Below the pieces are notes generated by a model, which saw only the letters and a program-made list of their open reading frames with translations, was not told the origin of the DNA and did not search any database. A DNA stretch of 64,000 nt from IMG/VR virus record IMGVR_UViG_2711768134_000006, one strand, 5' to 3'. The stretch comes from an uncultured virus (IMG/VR IMGVR_UViG_2711768134_000006) (lineage: Duplodnaviria; Heunggongvirae; Uroviricota; Caudoviricetes). Made by a program: the position numbers and the translations under genes. The stretch's first letter is position 1. Every line of letters starts with the position of its first letter. Positions 38,056-48,807 of this stretch are shown piece after piece.

Positions 38056-41000
38056 TTATTCAATTATCCAGTAAGAACTTACCCATATATCAATTCCCTC
38101 TACATCTACATAATCATCATTTATAAATCTCTTTTTTGATTCAGTTCTAGTTTTATTTAAATATACTTTGTCAAACAATTTAATTGGATTGTTTTTAAAT
38201 GTTTTTTTCTTTATCTTACATTCTTTTATTCTTCCAGAGCGTATATTATAAAATGTAATTTTAGGGGAGTACTTAGTATTAATATCTACAGCTATACAAT
38301 GCCTTGGATTTTCATCAGATTTAATAATATTACAACTTCCTACATTTTCATAATGAGCTTTAATTAATTCTTCAATTGGAATATCTTTATTCTCAAAAAC
38401 ATCTTCCATGTATTCACACAATGCTAAAATATTTACATCCATGAACATTTTTTCAGTTTTTCTATTTGCGAATTTTTCTATATATTTCGCATAGATATTA
38501 GTTTTCTTTAATTGTTTTTTTTCATAAAAAGCACTAAATACTTGAACAATATTTAATAATTTAGATGTCTTACCAAACTCTTCAAAAAAGTTTAACTTAA
38601 TTAATATTTCTAATTGTCTACTATTGATATTTTTATTTAAATCAATTAACAATTTAGTAAAAGTATTATATTCATTATTTCTTAATGAATATAAATATTC
38701 AGCAACTTCAGTATTTAAATATTTAATACTTGATATACCTTTATATATAGTATTTGTTTTTTTGTCCATGAAATACTCTGCTCTTGAATATCTAAATTTA
38801 CAATTTTTAACTTCTATCCCATATTCTTTTGCCAACTTTATTCCATTATTCAAATCTTCTTCATTATCTGCCCAATTTAAATATGATGTTGTAAATTCTA
38901 AAGGATAGTAGTATCTTAACATTCCACATATATAACCATTCATAGAGTATCCAGTTGAATGGTTGTATCCAAATTGATATTCTGAAGAATCTGATATTAT
39001 TTGTATAAATTCTTTCGCTTCTTTTTCAGCTATTTCTTTGGGTTTATTTGAGTGTTTACAATAGCCATTTAAAATCTTTGGCAATTGTTTTTCTAATTCA
39101 ACATCATCTTTTTTTCCTATTGCTCTTCTAGTTGTATCAGCTAAAGAGCCATCAAAATCACATATGTCTGTTAAGAACTTTATTGTATCTTCTTGAAATA
39201 CTAAAAACCCATTATTATCTTTTAATAATTCATCTATTTCTTCTGATGGATTTTTATTAAATTCTCTATTTATTAATCTTTCTCTATATGATTTTCCACT
39301 AGGTCTTAAACTTGCATTTACTAAAGACATATCATTTACACATTTTGCTTTATATGTACTTAATAAATCAAAAGCGTAATCACCTTCAAATTGAAAAATT
39401 CCAACATTAATTCTATTTATATCTTCCCAAACATTTTTATCATTCCAATTTATTTCGTGAGCATACTTCCACTCTTTATTTATAAGTCTATACGTATCTT
39501 GAATTATACCTATAGTTTTTAATCCTAATATATCAAATTTCACATAATTCAATGAATCTACTGCTTTCATCGTGCAAAATGATACTGGACTGTTTTCATT
39601 TCCATCTTTATAAAATACACCCAAATTATCATACAAAGTTATTGGGCTACCAATCATCCCTGCTGGATGTGTACCTTTAGAAGTTATTACTCCTCTAATC
39701 CCATCAAAATAATAAAACAAATCCTTATTATGTTCTCTTAACTCATCCCACATTTCTTTTAATTTAATTAATCTTTGTTTTTTCTTATTGTTTCTTATTG
39801 TATGCAAATATAATTCATGGTCTATAAAGTCTGGCGATTTACTTTCTTTGCCTTCTAGCTCTTCTATGTTTATTTCTTCTATAATTATCTTGGAATATTC
39901 TTTAAAGATATTATCAAATGTGTCTTTTATATTTTTAACCAAATTCAAATTATCATAATTTAATCCTTTAGCAAGTACATCTATACTGCCTCTATCCTTT
40001 ATAGTTTGAAATGTTAGTATATATGATACTTTATCTTTTCCAAATCTATTAATTATATATTCATAAACCTTTTGTCTATCTGATGGACTAAAATCTAAAT
40101 CTATATCTCCAAGTGATATTCTATCAGCATTGCAGAACCTTGAAAATGCAGTTTTCCATCTAATAGCATCCACATCTGTTATTCCTGTTATGTATGCTAT
40201 TAAAGAACCACCAACAGAACCTCTACATGGGCTAACATGAATATCATTATCTTTGCACCAATTTACTAATTCAGCTACAAACAGCATGAAACTAGCCATG
40301 CCTTGATTACACATTATTTCATATTCTTCTTGTACTCTTAGTTTATATATATCTATTTTTTCTTTTTCAATAGCATTTACATTTATTAATTTTAAAAGTT
40401 TTTCATCTATGTAATCTTTCCATGTTTGATTGGCATTTTCCCCATATAAATTAGGATATTTAAAAGTTTTATCTAGTGTAAAATCTTCAACCATAGCAGC
40501 TAATTTATTTGTATTATTAATTGCTTCCAATATAATATCAATAGGTAGAATATTTTGTTTTTTAAACTCATCAACTAAATCATCATAATTTTTCCATGTT
40601 AAGTCAAATTCATCTTCTTCTCCATAGAAGCTATTTTTAGATTTTTGAAGCACTTTTCTACATTCTGCTTTATATTCAGATGATGAATGAGTGTCTGTCC
40701 CTGCTATCAATGGTATTCCATATAAGATACTCCACTCATAGAGCATCTTATTATACTCTTTTTGACTATCGCAGTTGTGATATTGTATTTCTAAAAAACA
40801 TCTATGATTATTTTTAGACATCCATTCTAGTAACTCTTGTCTTTTTTTAATATTATAATTATATTTCTCAATACCCTCAATATCTATTATATTTGTATCA
40901 CCTAGCTTCCATAATGGTGATGCTAGACAAGCAGAAGTTATTATTATATTATCGCTTGTATTCATTAATTCATCAAATGATATTCTTGGATTGAAATAAA

Positions 41001-41388
41001 AATGACGGTCACTATTATCTTTTAAAATTCCTTTAGATGTAGCTTTTGACATTAGAGAATTTAACTCTCTAACACCTTTTAAATTTTTTGCATATAAGCC
41101 AATATGCCAACCTCTATTATTATCTTCTAAATTTATGCATGTATATAGTTCTACACCATGAATATACTTTATTTCTGCGTTATCACACGCCTGTTTCTTT
41201 TTTACCCAGTCATAAATACCACCATGATTGCTAAATGCTATTGCTTTCATGTTATTTTCTTTTGCTAATGATATATATTCATCATATTTGCTACATGAGT
41301 CAGCAAAACCATTACAATTAGAAGTATCATCATGTAAGTGGTATACAACATAATTATTTGTTAATATTTCTTTTTGTATTTTATTCAT
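38056..41388 (-). CDS. dnaE: DNA polymerase III alpha subunit (family C)
   Basis: PHP domain (HLH, NHG, TDTH), RGSVGGSL, DIDLD, KFDILGL and FGYNHS motifs. Confidence 0.95.
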   Translation of the reverse strand: MNKIQKEILTNNYVVYHLHDDTSNCNGFADSCSKYDEYISLAKENNMKAIAFSNHGGIYDWVKKKQACDNAEIKYIHGVELYTCINLEDNNRGWHIGLYAKNLKGVRELNSLMSKATSKGILKDNSDRHFYFNPRISFDELMNTSDNIIITSACLASPLWKLGDTNIIDIEGIEKYNYNIKKRQELLEWMSKNNHRCFLEIQYHNCDSQKEYNKMLYEWSILYGIPLIAGTDTHSSSEYKAECRKVLQKSKNSFYGEEDEFDLTWKNYDDLVDEFKKQNILPIDIILEAINNTNKLAAMVEDFTLDKTFKYPNLYGENANQTWKDYIDEKLLKLINVNAIEKEKIDIYKLRVQEEYEIMCNQGMASFMLFVAELVNWCKDNDIHVSPCRGSVGGSLIAYITGITDVDAIRWKTAFSRFCNADRISLGDIDLDFSPSDRQKVYEYIINRFGKDKVSYILTFQTIKDRGSIDVLAKGLNYDNLNLVKNIKDTFDNIFKEYSKIIIEEINIEELEGKESKSPDFIDHELYLHTIRNNKKKQRLIKLKEMWDELREHNKDLFYYFDGIRGVITSKGTHPAGMIGSPITLYDNLGVFYKDGNENSPVSFCTMKAVDSLNYVKFDILGLKTIGIIQDTYRLINKEWKYAHEINWNDKNVWEDINRINVGIFQFEGDYAFDLLSTYKAKCVNDMSLVNASLRPSGKSYRERLINREFNKNPSEEIDELLKDNNGFLVFQEDTIKFLTDICDFDGSLADTTRRAIGKKDDVELEKQLPKILNGYCKHSNKPKEIAEKEAKEFIQIISDSSEYQFGYNHSTGYSMNGYICGMLRYYYPLEFTTSYLNWADNEEDLNNGIKLAKEYGIEVKNCKFRYSRAEYFMDKKTNTIYKGISSIKYLNTEVAEYLYSLRNNEYNTFTKLLIDLNKNINSRQLEILIKLNFFEEFGKTSKLLNIVQVFSAFYEKKQLKKTNIYAKYIEKFANRKTEKMFMDVNILALCEYMEDVFENKDIPIEELIKAHYENVGSCNIIKSDENPRHCIAVDINTKYSPKITFYNIRSGRIKECKIKKKTFKNNPIKLFDKVYLNKTRTESKKRFINDDYVDVEGIDIWVSSYWIIE

Positions 41389-43081
41389 TTACAACACTAC
41401 TTTCAACATCTATTATATCTATATAAGAATATCCATTTTCATTGTTTTTAATAGAAAATAATATATTCATTATTAAATCCTTAGATTTAAGATTATTATT
41501 ATCTTCGTTAATCATTTTGCTAAAAAATTTTTTACTACAAAAATCTTTTTTAAATAAAATTTTATCTTTCATAAAACTATAACTAGCATTCCCATATTTT
41601 TTTATATCCATTGTATTTATTCTTAAGTCTTTAATTATAAATTTAGGTCTTTCAATTGTCCCACACCAAATATCTTCTAATTCTCCTATACATATTAAAT
41701 CATTTATGTTTATATTGCTGTCAAATACAAAATCTACTTCTACATTACTTGTTATTGTTATATTTTTAAATTTATCATTTGTATATTTTATAAACTTACT
41801 TATATTTTCTTTGGGAAACTCATATCCAAAACTAGATTCATGTCCTTTACACCAATTGAATAATTTGCTGTCTACACAAATAGATTTAAAATTATCTATA
41901 TAATTAGGGCATCTTACTGAACCTGTATAATTATTTTTATTGTCAGATTCTCTTATCATAAGTATTGGCTTGTTGAATACATTCATAAATTTATTTGCTA
42001 CCAATCCTGTTACTTTTGCATCTATACTATTTGAATCAATTAATACAACCTTATCATTCTCCACTGAAAATAGTTTTACATTTCCCTTTATTGCTTTATC
42101 AGTTATATCTTTTTGCTTTCTTTTATAGTTTTTACCTATCCTTATAATAGCATCTTGTAATTTCTGTTTTTTAATTTCTCCTTTTGATTTATATGTAATT
42201 GTTTTTTCTTCACCTATAAAAGCTCTAAACAACAATTCTTTATCTTCTATTGTTCCATTTCTAATTATTGCATTTATTATGGGTGAAATACCCCAAACAA
42301 CATTGTCTATCTTTAAATAATTTTTTATTTTTAAATCATGAACAAATGATAATATTAAGGGATTAGTTATATGGTTTACTTGCTTACCTATATTGAATAT
42401 ATATCTGTTTTCTAGTGACCTCATATCCATAGAATCACTTATATTTGCAACATTAGCCAAGTCAATATATTTATATCCTATATCTAAATTTACTTTATCT
42501 ACTATGTATCTTATGAATTTATATGTAACCATCGCCCCACTACCATCTATATTTTCTACTTCTCCATTTTTATTATTAATTATTATGCTTGTATCTGGCA
42601 CTTTAGTTAAATCATACATATGATGGTCTAATGCAATGAAATCTATTCCATTCCTATTCAATTCTATTTGTTCTTTAAAATTTTCTGATGAGCTATCTGG
42701 AGTAATCAATAGTTTTGTGTTGTCTTCAATTACTTTATCCATAACCTCTTTTGTTAGTCCATGAACTTTTGCCTTTTCAGTATGTTGTATATAATACACA
42801 TTGTCATATTGTAAGTCAAATTTAATAAACATATATATTATTGAAGAACTACAATAACCATCAACATCTGTATCCACTAGTATACCTATTTTATTATTAT
42901 TTCTAATATTTTTTAATAAACAATTGTAGGCTCTATCAATATTGGTGTAATTATTATAATCTTCCCAATTTAAAATATCTGCATTTAAAAGCCAATTTAT
43001 TTTTTGATTATCAAGACCTCTATTTTTTAAAACAGTATTTAATACTGTATCTTCTATATGGTTTTTTAGTTCCCATTCCAA
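41381..43081 (-). CDS. recJ: RecJ-like DHH ssDNA exonuclease
   Basis: DTDVDG, ITPD, LDHH, GSVR and GH motifs. Confidence 0.85.
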   Translation of the reverse strand: MEWELKNHIEDTVLNTVLKNRGLDNQKINWLLNADILNWEDYNNYTNIDRAYNCLLKNIRNNNKIGILVDTDVDGYCSSSIIYMFIKFDLQYDNVYYIQHTEKAKVHGLTKEVMDKVIEDNTKLLITPDSSSENFKEQIELNRNGIDFIALDHHMYDLTKVPDTSIIINNKNGEVENIDGSGAMVTYKFIRYIVDKVNLDIGYKYIDLANVANISDSMDMRSLENRYIFNIGKQVNHITNPLILSFVHDLKIKNYLKIDNVVWGISPIINAIIRNGTIEDKELLFRAFIGEEKTITYKSKGEIKKQKLQDAIIRIGKNYKRKQKDITDKAIKGNVKLFSVENDKVVLIDSNSIDAKVTGLVANKFMNVFNKPILMIRESDNKNNYTGSVRCPNYIDNFKSICVDSKLFNWCKGHESSFGYEFPKENISKFIKYTNDKFKNITITSNVEVDFVFDSNININDLICIGELEDIWCGTIERPKFIIKDLRINTMDIKKYGNASYSFMKDKILFKKDFCSKKFFSKMINEDNNNLKSKDLIMNILFSIKNNENGYSYIDIIDVESSVVNE

Positions 43082-44143
43082 TCAATCACCTACTTTAATT
43101 TTATTTTTTAACAATTTTTCAAAAACATCTTTCCCTTTATCTATTGGAGAGTCTTTGTAAGACAATAAATTCTCTACATCCCATAACACATATACATCTA
43201 CTAACCCAGATAGATTTTTAGTCATTTTTTTTATTTTATTCCACCATTTAGTACAATCATCATCTTCTAGTTCTTGAAATTGTCTATCATATGCTATTAT
43301 GATTTCTGTTACTCCTAAATCCAAAATCATTTTTTTCTGATAATTAGAAAATGAACTTCCACAGGTCGCAACTGCTATATTATTTTTAGGATATATGGTC
43401 TCAAACTTTAATACTGATTTTTCACCTTCAAATATAAAAACTTTTTTCTTATGTCTTATATTTTCTTTGTTTTTATTTAATCCATACAAATTCTTTCCTA
43501 ATGGATGGTTATATCCTTTATCATCTAACCATAATGGATAATATTTTCCATATCTTTTCGTTAGATATTTATTAAATGCTCTTACTCTTATGCCTACAAC
43601 TTCATTATTAATATTCATATGTGGAATTACAACCCTATTGTTCTCTATATCATACCTTACATCAAAATTTTTTATAGCTTCAAATGATATTCCTTCCTCT
43701 TCCCATTGCTTAATGCGTTTTTGTGGGTACGTCCTGTGTAAAAAAGGCTTATCTATACGATTTAATATTTCAACTTCTATATCTAATATGGATTTGCTTT
43801 TAGTTAGATTAAGTGTACCAAAACCTATTTTTGGTTCGTAACAATATGTGCATTTCACTATATCTGTGATGAATTTAATGGAACTTTTAAAATCTATATT
43901 TTTAGATGCCATAACCAAATCAAATAAAGACATATTTCCACAATTAGTAAAACAAGTAAACAACTTTGAATCTTTATGATAATATAATTTATAGCTACAC
44001 TCATCATTTGGATTATTGTGACATATTGTTTTAAATATTAATTCTTTGTCATTACTTCTTTCAGATAAATCACTTCCAAGTTCACTAAGTATTTTTATTA
44101 TATCTTCTTCAGTTATGCTTTTTAAAAGCTCTTTCGCATCTAT
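43082..44143 (-). CDS. dnaG: DNA primase (zinc finger plus TOPRIM), non-canonical ATA start
   Basis: The frame stays open 60 codons upstream of the ORF-track start and adds the CH half of the zinc finger; GGAGGTG lies before ATA at 44143; IFEGEKS and AYD motifs. Confidence 0.85.
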   Translation of the reverse strand: MDAKELLKSITEEDIIKILSELGSDLSERSNDKELIFKTICHNNPNDECSYKLYYHKDSKLFTCFTNCGNMSLFDLVMASKNIDFKSSIKFITDIVKCTYCYEPKIGFGTLNLTKSKSILDIEVEILNRIDKPFLHRTYPQKRIKQWEEEGISFEAIKNFDVRYDIENNRVVIPHMNINNEVVGIRVRAFNKYLTKRYGKYYPLWLDDKGYNHPLGKNLYGLNKNKENIRHKKKVFIFEGEKSVLKFETIYPKNNIAVATCGSSFSNYQKKMILDLGVTEIIIAYDRQFQELEDDDCTKWWNKIKKMTKNLSGLVDVYVLWDVENLLSYKDSPIDKGKDVFEKLLKNKIKVGD

Positions 44144-44156
44144 ATATAATCACCTC

Positions 44157-45749
44157 CTAATAGGTTAATTGCCCAACAAATACGTTATCACAATATGCTT
44201 TTTCTATAAATCTTCCTGACCTTCCATCCATTTCATACAATAATATTTTATTATCGTCATCACCAGACCTAGTTTTATTTACAAATAATAAAATGTGTTT
44301 TTTTCTAATATCTATACAATTTTTGTCAAACTCTCTTTCTTTTCCTTCTTTTGTGGAACTATCTATAATCTCTAAATATGACTTTTGAAGCTTCCCTTCT
44401 AACCTACCTTTTTTCCATCTGTACGGTTTTAAAAAATATCTATCTTTTTCGGGATTTAGTTCATCTGGTATTATTTTTCTCATCAATGTTATTGTATGCC
44501 CCACCTCTTTAATTTGTTTTGCATTTGATATACAAGCAGCAGTCAAATAACTGACTTTCCCTTCAGTATAAGTTGCTAATTGTATAGGAAAAATTATCCT
44601 CATCCTCATTTGTTTTCCAAACTTATCAAAATCTCTAGCTGCTTCATTCATTTCACCTGTAGAATTTCCTGATGAGGCATCTTCAGCTTTGAAAGTATCA
44701 AGTATCAAAGTATCATAACCTTCACTCAAACTTAATTTTTTGGCTATTTTTTTTATTTTTTCAGTGTTAAAATCATACATTGATATAAATTTAAGTTTTC
44801 CTGGTATTGAATATTTCTCTTCAATAAATTTATTTGCTAAGTAGAAAGTTTTTTCTTCTTCAATTGTAAAATCAAAATTTTTAACTTTTCTTCTAGTCAT
44901 TGTATGACAATTAAATATAGCATTTGATATATATGTTATTAATATCTGTTTGTAGTATTCACTTTGTTGTTCGTTACTTATTATCAAGACTTTACAATCA
45001 GATTCTACTAGCCCCATAGCCATATTTAAAGTAAAAGTTGTTTTTCCAGTGCCACTATGACCTGCTATAAAATATATACCATTTGAATGCCCTACTCCAT
45101 CTATTATGTTACTCAACATAGGCATACCCTGAACATATCTTTCTTCTCCAGTATCAGTTTGCCATCTTAAAGCTATTGCAAAACTAGCTGAGTTATCATC
45201 TTCATTATTTTTCTTTTTTAATATTTCTTCTGAAGTATAATGCAAGTCTTCTATAACAACATCATTTCCAACTAAATTAATACTACTATCTGCTAATAAC
45301 ATTTCATAAAAATCATGAACTTGAGATGCAGTCATAGAAGGAAATAAGTCTATTGGTTTTACTTTTACACCTTCCACTTCAATTTCCTTATCTATATTAA
45401 AGCCTTTACTTTCTAGCCTTATTATAAGATTAGATTTTTCTAAATCATCTATATATTTTTTTTGATTGTGTATATTTCCTAAATCTCTAACTTTTTGTAT
45501 GCTTTCCCAACCACCATATTTTTCATATAATTCATTTAATGAAGGAGACATTCCTACAAATGCTGATACCGTCACTTCATCTATCTCTTTATATTTTGTA
45601 CTTAATTCTCTTATGAGATTGTAAAAAAATTTAGTTTTCGGAAAAGTAAAGTCATTTTCAGATAGAGGATAGTCAGCAATTATACTTATATCTTGCAACA
45701 GAACCGATATCACAAGGCTTTCAATATTCCCTCTATTTTCTAATACCAT
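44157..45749 (-). CDS. dnaB: Replicative DnaB-like helicase
   Basis: GHSGTGKT, SNEQ, ILDT, QL and NKTR motifs; ATG at 45749 fits AGGAGG. Confidence 0.85.
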   Translation of the reverse strand: MVLENRGNIESLVISVLLQDISIIADYPLSENDFTFPKTKFFYNLIRELSTKYKEIDEVTVSAFVGMSPSLNELYEKYGGWESIQKVRDLGNIHNQKKYIDDLEKSNLIIRLESKGFNIDKEIEVEGVKVKPIDLFPSMTASQVHDFYEMLLADSSINLVGNDVVIEDLHYTSEEILKKKNNEDDNSASFAIALRWQTDTGEERYVQGMPMLSNIIDGVGHSNGIYFIAGHSGTGKTTFTLNMAMGLVESDCKVLIISNEQQSEYYKQILITYISNAIFNCHTMTRRKVKNFDFTIEEEKTFYLANKFIEEKYSIPGKLKFISMYDFNTEKIKKIAKKLSLSEGYDTLILDTFKAEDASSGNSTGEMNEAARDFDKFGKQMRMRIIFPIQLATYTEGKVSYLTAACISNAKQIKEVGHTITLMRKIIPDELNPEKDRYFLKPYRWKKGRLEGKLQKSYLEIIDSSTKEGKEREFDKNCIDIRKKHILLFVNKTRSGDDDNKILLYEMDGRSGRFIEKAYCDNVFVGQLTY

Positions 45750-46290
45750 TTTCTCCAACCTCCTTTATTAAATCCTTTAAGGTTGTTGTTCTTTTTTTTC
45801 TCGCTACTGGAATTTTCATTGTTTCTTCAGGTATGTCCACTAAATCCATCTCAGTTTCTTTTTTCTCTTTTCTTTGTATATTTTTCTTTACAACTGTAAC
45901 ATCTCTTATATTATTTTTTAATATTGTAAATATATAGCATAGTTTTTGATATTCATTTTCTATATCTTTTCTAAACTCTAAAGCGTCAATTATTTGATTT
46001 TTCATTTCTAAAATACAATTATAAACATCTTCTCTTGTATAACCGTTATCTAACATCTCTTTTATCATTTTAGTCTTATTTTTTGCGATACATTTGTAAC
46101 CAATAATACTATCTATTCCTAATAAAATTTGATTCCATAGCCATTTCTCTCTTTCTTCTAATCTATAGTGTAATTCACAACAATAATTTCGTTTTTCTTC
46201 TCTACCCGTTTTAGTAATATGAATCACTGAGTATATATCTTCAGCTAGAAATTTTTCTTTACAGTATCTACAAGTTATTTTTCTTCCCAA
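45733..46290 (-). CDS. Zinc-binding replication-associated hypothetical protein
   Basis: CRYC...YCC..H; directly upstream of the helicase. Confidence 0.6.
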   Translation of the reverse strand: MGRKITCRYCKEKFLAEDIYSVIHITKTGREEKRNYCCELHYRLEEREKWLWNQILLGIDSIIGYKCIAKNKTKMIKEMLDNGYTREDVYNCILEMKNQIIDALEFRKDIENEYQKLCYIFTILKNNIRDVTVVKKNIQRKEKKETEMDLVDIPEETMKIPVARKKRTTTLKDLIKEVGENGIRK

Positions 46291-46320
46291 TAATTCTCCT
46301 CCTTCTTATTGTTGATGTTA

Positions 46321-46348
46321 AAAAGTCGCCCTAATTGAGCGACCTTTT
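46321..46348. terminator. Terminator-like hairpin
   Basis: AAAAGTCGC/GCGACCTTTT. Confidence 0.55.
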
Positions 46349-46356
46349 AAATTATT

Positions 46357-46932
46357 CTATATTCTTCCAGAACGCTTAGGTTGGGTACTTTGAATATCTT
46401 GAGATGTATTTTTTTTACTAGGAGGTTTAACTTGAGAATTGCCATCATCATCCTCGCAAAATGATAATTGAAGTAGGCTGCCTAGTGCATAACGCTTACT
46501 ATATGTTTCTGTTGCTCCATATCCTTGAATATCTAATTTACTCGGTTTTATAGGTACACTATCAGACTCCATAAACTGACCGCTAGAATGCCATAATACA
46601 GTTTTAATTGATACTGAATTGTTTCCACCAGAAATGGGAAATTGAGTTATACATAAATCAAATTTTGCTAATATTGGTCTTATTGTTGTTAGAATATCAT
46701 CTAAATTTGCATATTTGCTATTATAAAATGGATTATTAGAACTCTTTTCAATACTTTCTACCTCTTTTTGAAAATCAACTAAACTTACTAATAAATCTTT
46801 TATATTTTCACTTCTGCGAAATGGTATTAATGAATCTTTATTCTCATTTTCTTTTAAATCTCCAACCATTTTTCTTATTACATCTTTTAATTGTTTTACT
46901 TCGCTCTCTATGTTAGCTATTTGTTCTTCCAT
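46357..46932 (-). CDS. ERF-family single-strand annealing protein
   Basis: NPF..SKYA.LDDI, H.SGQ, G...TY.KRY.L and DDDGN motifs. Confidence 0.85.
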   Translation of the reverse strand: MEEQIANIESEVKQLKDVIRKMVGDLKENENKDSLIPFRRSENIKDLLVSLVDFQKEVESIEKSSNNPFYNSKYANLDDILTTIRPILAKFDLCITQFPISGGNNSVSIKTVLWHSSGQFMESDSVPIKPSKLDIQGYGATETYSKRYALGSLLQLSFCEDDDGNSQVKPPSKKNTSQDIQSTQPKRSGRI

Positions 46933-46972
46933 AAAACCCTCCTTTTAATTTTATTCAGTTTATAAATATTAA

Positions 46973-47818
46973 TTAAAATGGTAAATCTGATTCTTCAATA
47001 TTTATGTTATTTTTTTGTGCATCTTTTTCTTTCATGGCATTTTCTTTTTCTTCCATTTTATCTATCATGGCTACTATATTATCCTTATAGAATGGATTAG
47101 GCTTCCCATCTTCACCAAAATCATTTTCTTTTGATATCTTATTTCCTGAACCTCCAGTTATTCTAAGATATTTTATTATTTTATCTTTTTTCCCTGTACC
47201 AAATCCACCAGTTCCTTCTATTATCTCAGTTACTATATCTCCTTCTAATTGTGGTACATCTCCCACTTTATATAGCTTTTCAAATTCTTTTATTACTTCT
47301 GTATTATCAATTACAAGTCTAACTCTAAATCCATTATCATTGTATTTATTCATTATTCCTATTACTTCTAATCCCTCTTCTATTTTTATTATTTCCTCCA
47401 AGTATACATATGCTCTCCATAATATACCTGCCTTTATAGGTAGTTTTGCATCTTTTTGTCTGTTACAAAATTTACCTTGTATTCTAAATCCTTCATGTTT
47501 TTCTCCATCACTATAATATGTATTGTCATCTAATTGACAGGTGCATCTAACTATTTCTCCTCTACCCTCTTCTGCTCTAGTTACAATATCATTCACAACT
47601 GTTTCTAATCCCTGTGATATCTTATTAACTCCTCCAGCAGATGTGTATATGCTTCCATAATAATCAACTATTTCATTCTTATCTTGTGATATAGCAACAT
47701 TAAGTTTAAACTTTATTGCTTCTTGTGGAGTTCCTTCTTTTACTCTTTCTGCTGCTAATATATCTAACACTTCCCCACTAACAAAAACTTCATTGTAATT
47801 TACATTTTTTTTCGCCAT
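46973..47818 (-). CDS. Single-stranded DNA-binding protein-like
   Basis: Acidic DLPF C-terminus; next to the ERF gene. Confidence 0.65.
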   Translation of the reverse strand: MAKKNVNYNEVFVSGEVLDILAAERVKEGTPQEAIKFKLNVAISQDKNEIVDYYGSIYTSAGGVNKISQGLETVVNDIVTRAEEGRGEIVRCTCQLDDNTYYSDGEKHEGFRIQGKFCNRQKDAKLPIKAGILWRAYVYLEEIIKIEEGLEVIGIMNKYNDNGFRVRLVIDNTEVIKEFEKLYKVGDVPQLEGDIVTEIIEGTGGFGTGKKDKIIKYLRITGGSGNKISKENDFGEDGKPNPFYKDNIVAMIDKMEEKENAMKEKDAQKNNINIEESDLPF

Positions 47819-47937
47819 AAATATTCTCCTCTTTTATTTTGTATTTTATTCAGTTGTAATCATTCTTAATTTTTCTATATACTTATAATAACATGTTCTA
47901 TTTATTATTTCAATACTTATTTTTAATTTTATTTATT

Positions 47938-48108
47938 TTAACTAAAAAATCCTCCCCAATACAATAAACCAAAAATTACTAGCTTTGAAATTGTAGATAC
48001 TCCAAAACTTATTTTCATTTCTTTTACCTTTCCATTATTAGCTAAAGACACTCCTAATTGCATAACGTATATTATTATTACTAAAATTTGTGGTATTCCT
48101 AATTTCAT
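47938..48108 (-). CDS. Small membrane protein (56 aa, MKLGIPQILV...YWGGFFS)
   Basis: Hand-translated; AGGAGAGG RBS. Confidence 0.6.
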   Translation of the reverse strand: MKLGIPQILVIIIYVMQLGVSLANNGKVKEMKISFGVSTISKLVIFGLLYWGGFFS

Positions 48109-48130
48109 TTAACCTCTCCTTTTAATATGA

Positions 48131-48796
48131 TTACATCATTAATTCTTTATATTTTGGTAATGTTTTAAAGAAATCACATAAAATCCTCCATTCTTCCATT
48201 TTATGATTTTCTCTTTGATTTATCATAGATTTTATTTGTAGATAATTTAATGTAACTCTTGCAGTTAACATTAATCCTGATGGGCAATTTGATATTATAA
48301 TTTTCCAAAGAGTTTCCTTTGTGGCTCTAATATTTTCTCCATTTCTAAGAGTGACTTCATCAGATGCGGTTAATTTTAATTCCTGAAAATTATTATAATC
48401 GTAAATCAATTCATTCAGGAAGTTTATTGTATTTTTAACAACATACTTATTACACATATCATCAATATTAAATTTGGTTAATCTGTGCATTTTACTTTGA
48501 CTAGATACATAGTCATTATGATGATATCTATCCCACTGTCTCCACATATATTCTGACCATTGCAAATCCATTTGGACAATAATTCCTTTAGAGAAGCAAT
48601 CATGGCCTGAACCTTGTTTTGATTTGCCTAATTGACATGCTCGTTGTAAATCTTTTTCTGAAATATTTACTTCTCTCATATCTTTAATCTGTTGCTGCAT
48701 AGGATAACCACTCGAAATTATACTTTCTTTAATTCCATAAACACACACATTTGATACATCAATAATTCCTGGTATTTTTATTCCATTTACTTTCAA
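48131..48796 (-). CDS. Divergent ThyX-like (flavin-dependent thymidylate synthase fold) protein
   Basis: GH.., W.Q.DRY......S.S.MH and NY..I...I.QR..H...EW pattern; the canonical RHRxxS motif is not exact. Confidence 0.5.
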   Translation of the reverse strand: MKVNGIKIPGIIDVSNVCVYGIKESIISSGYPMQQQIKDMREVNISEKDLQRACQLGKSKQGSGHDCFSKGIIVQMDLQWSEYMWRQWDRYHHNDYVSSQSKMHRLTKFNIDDMCNKYVVKNTINFLNELIYDYNNFQELKLTASDEVTLRNGENIRATKETLWKIIISNCPSGLMLTARVTLNYLQIKSMINQRENHKMEEWRILCDFFKTLPKYKELMM

Positions 48797-48807
48797 TTTA
48801 TCAACTC

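Noticed and set aside
34009..41388. Inteins or introns in nrdJ or dnaE
   Set aside because: Both frames are continuous and of normal size, with no intein splice or LAGLIDADG motifs; the charged insertion in DnaE looks like a helical loop.
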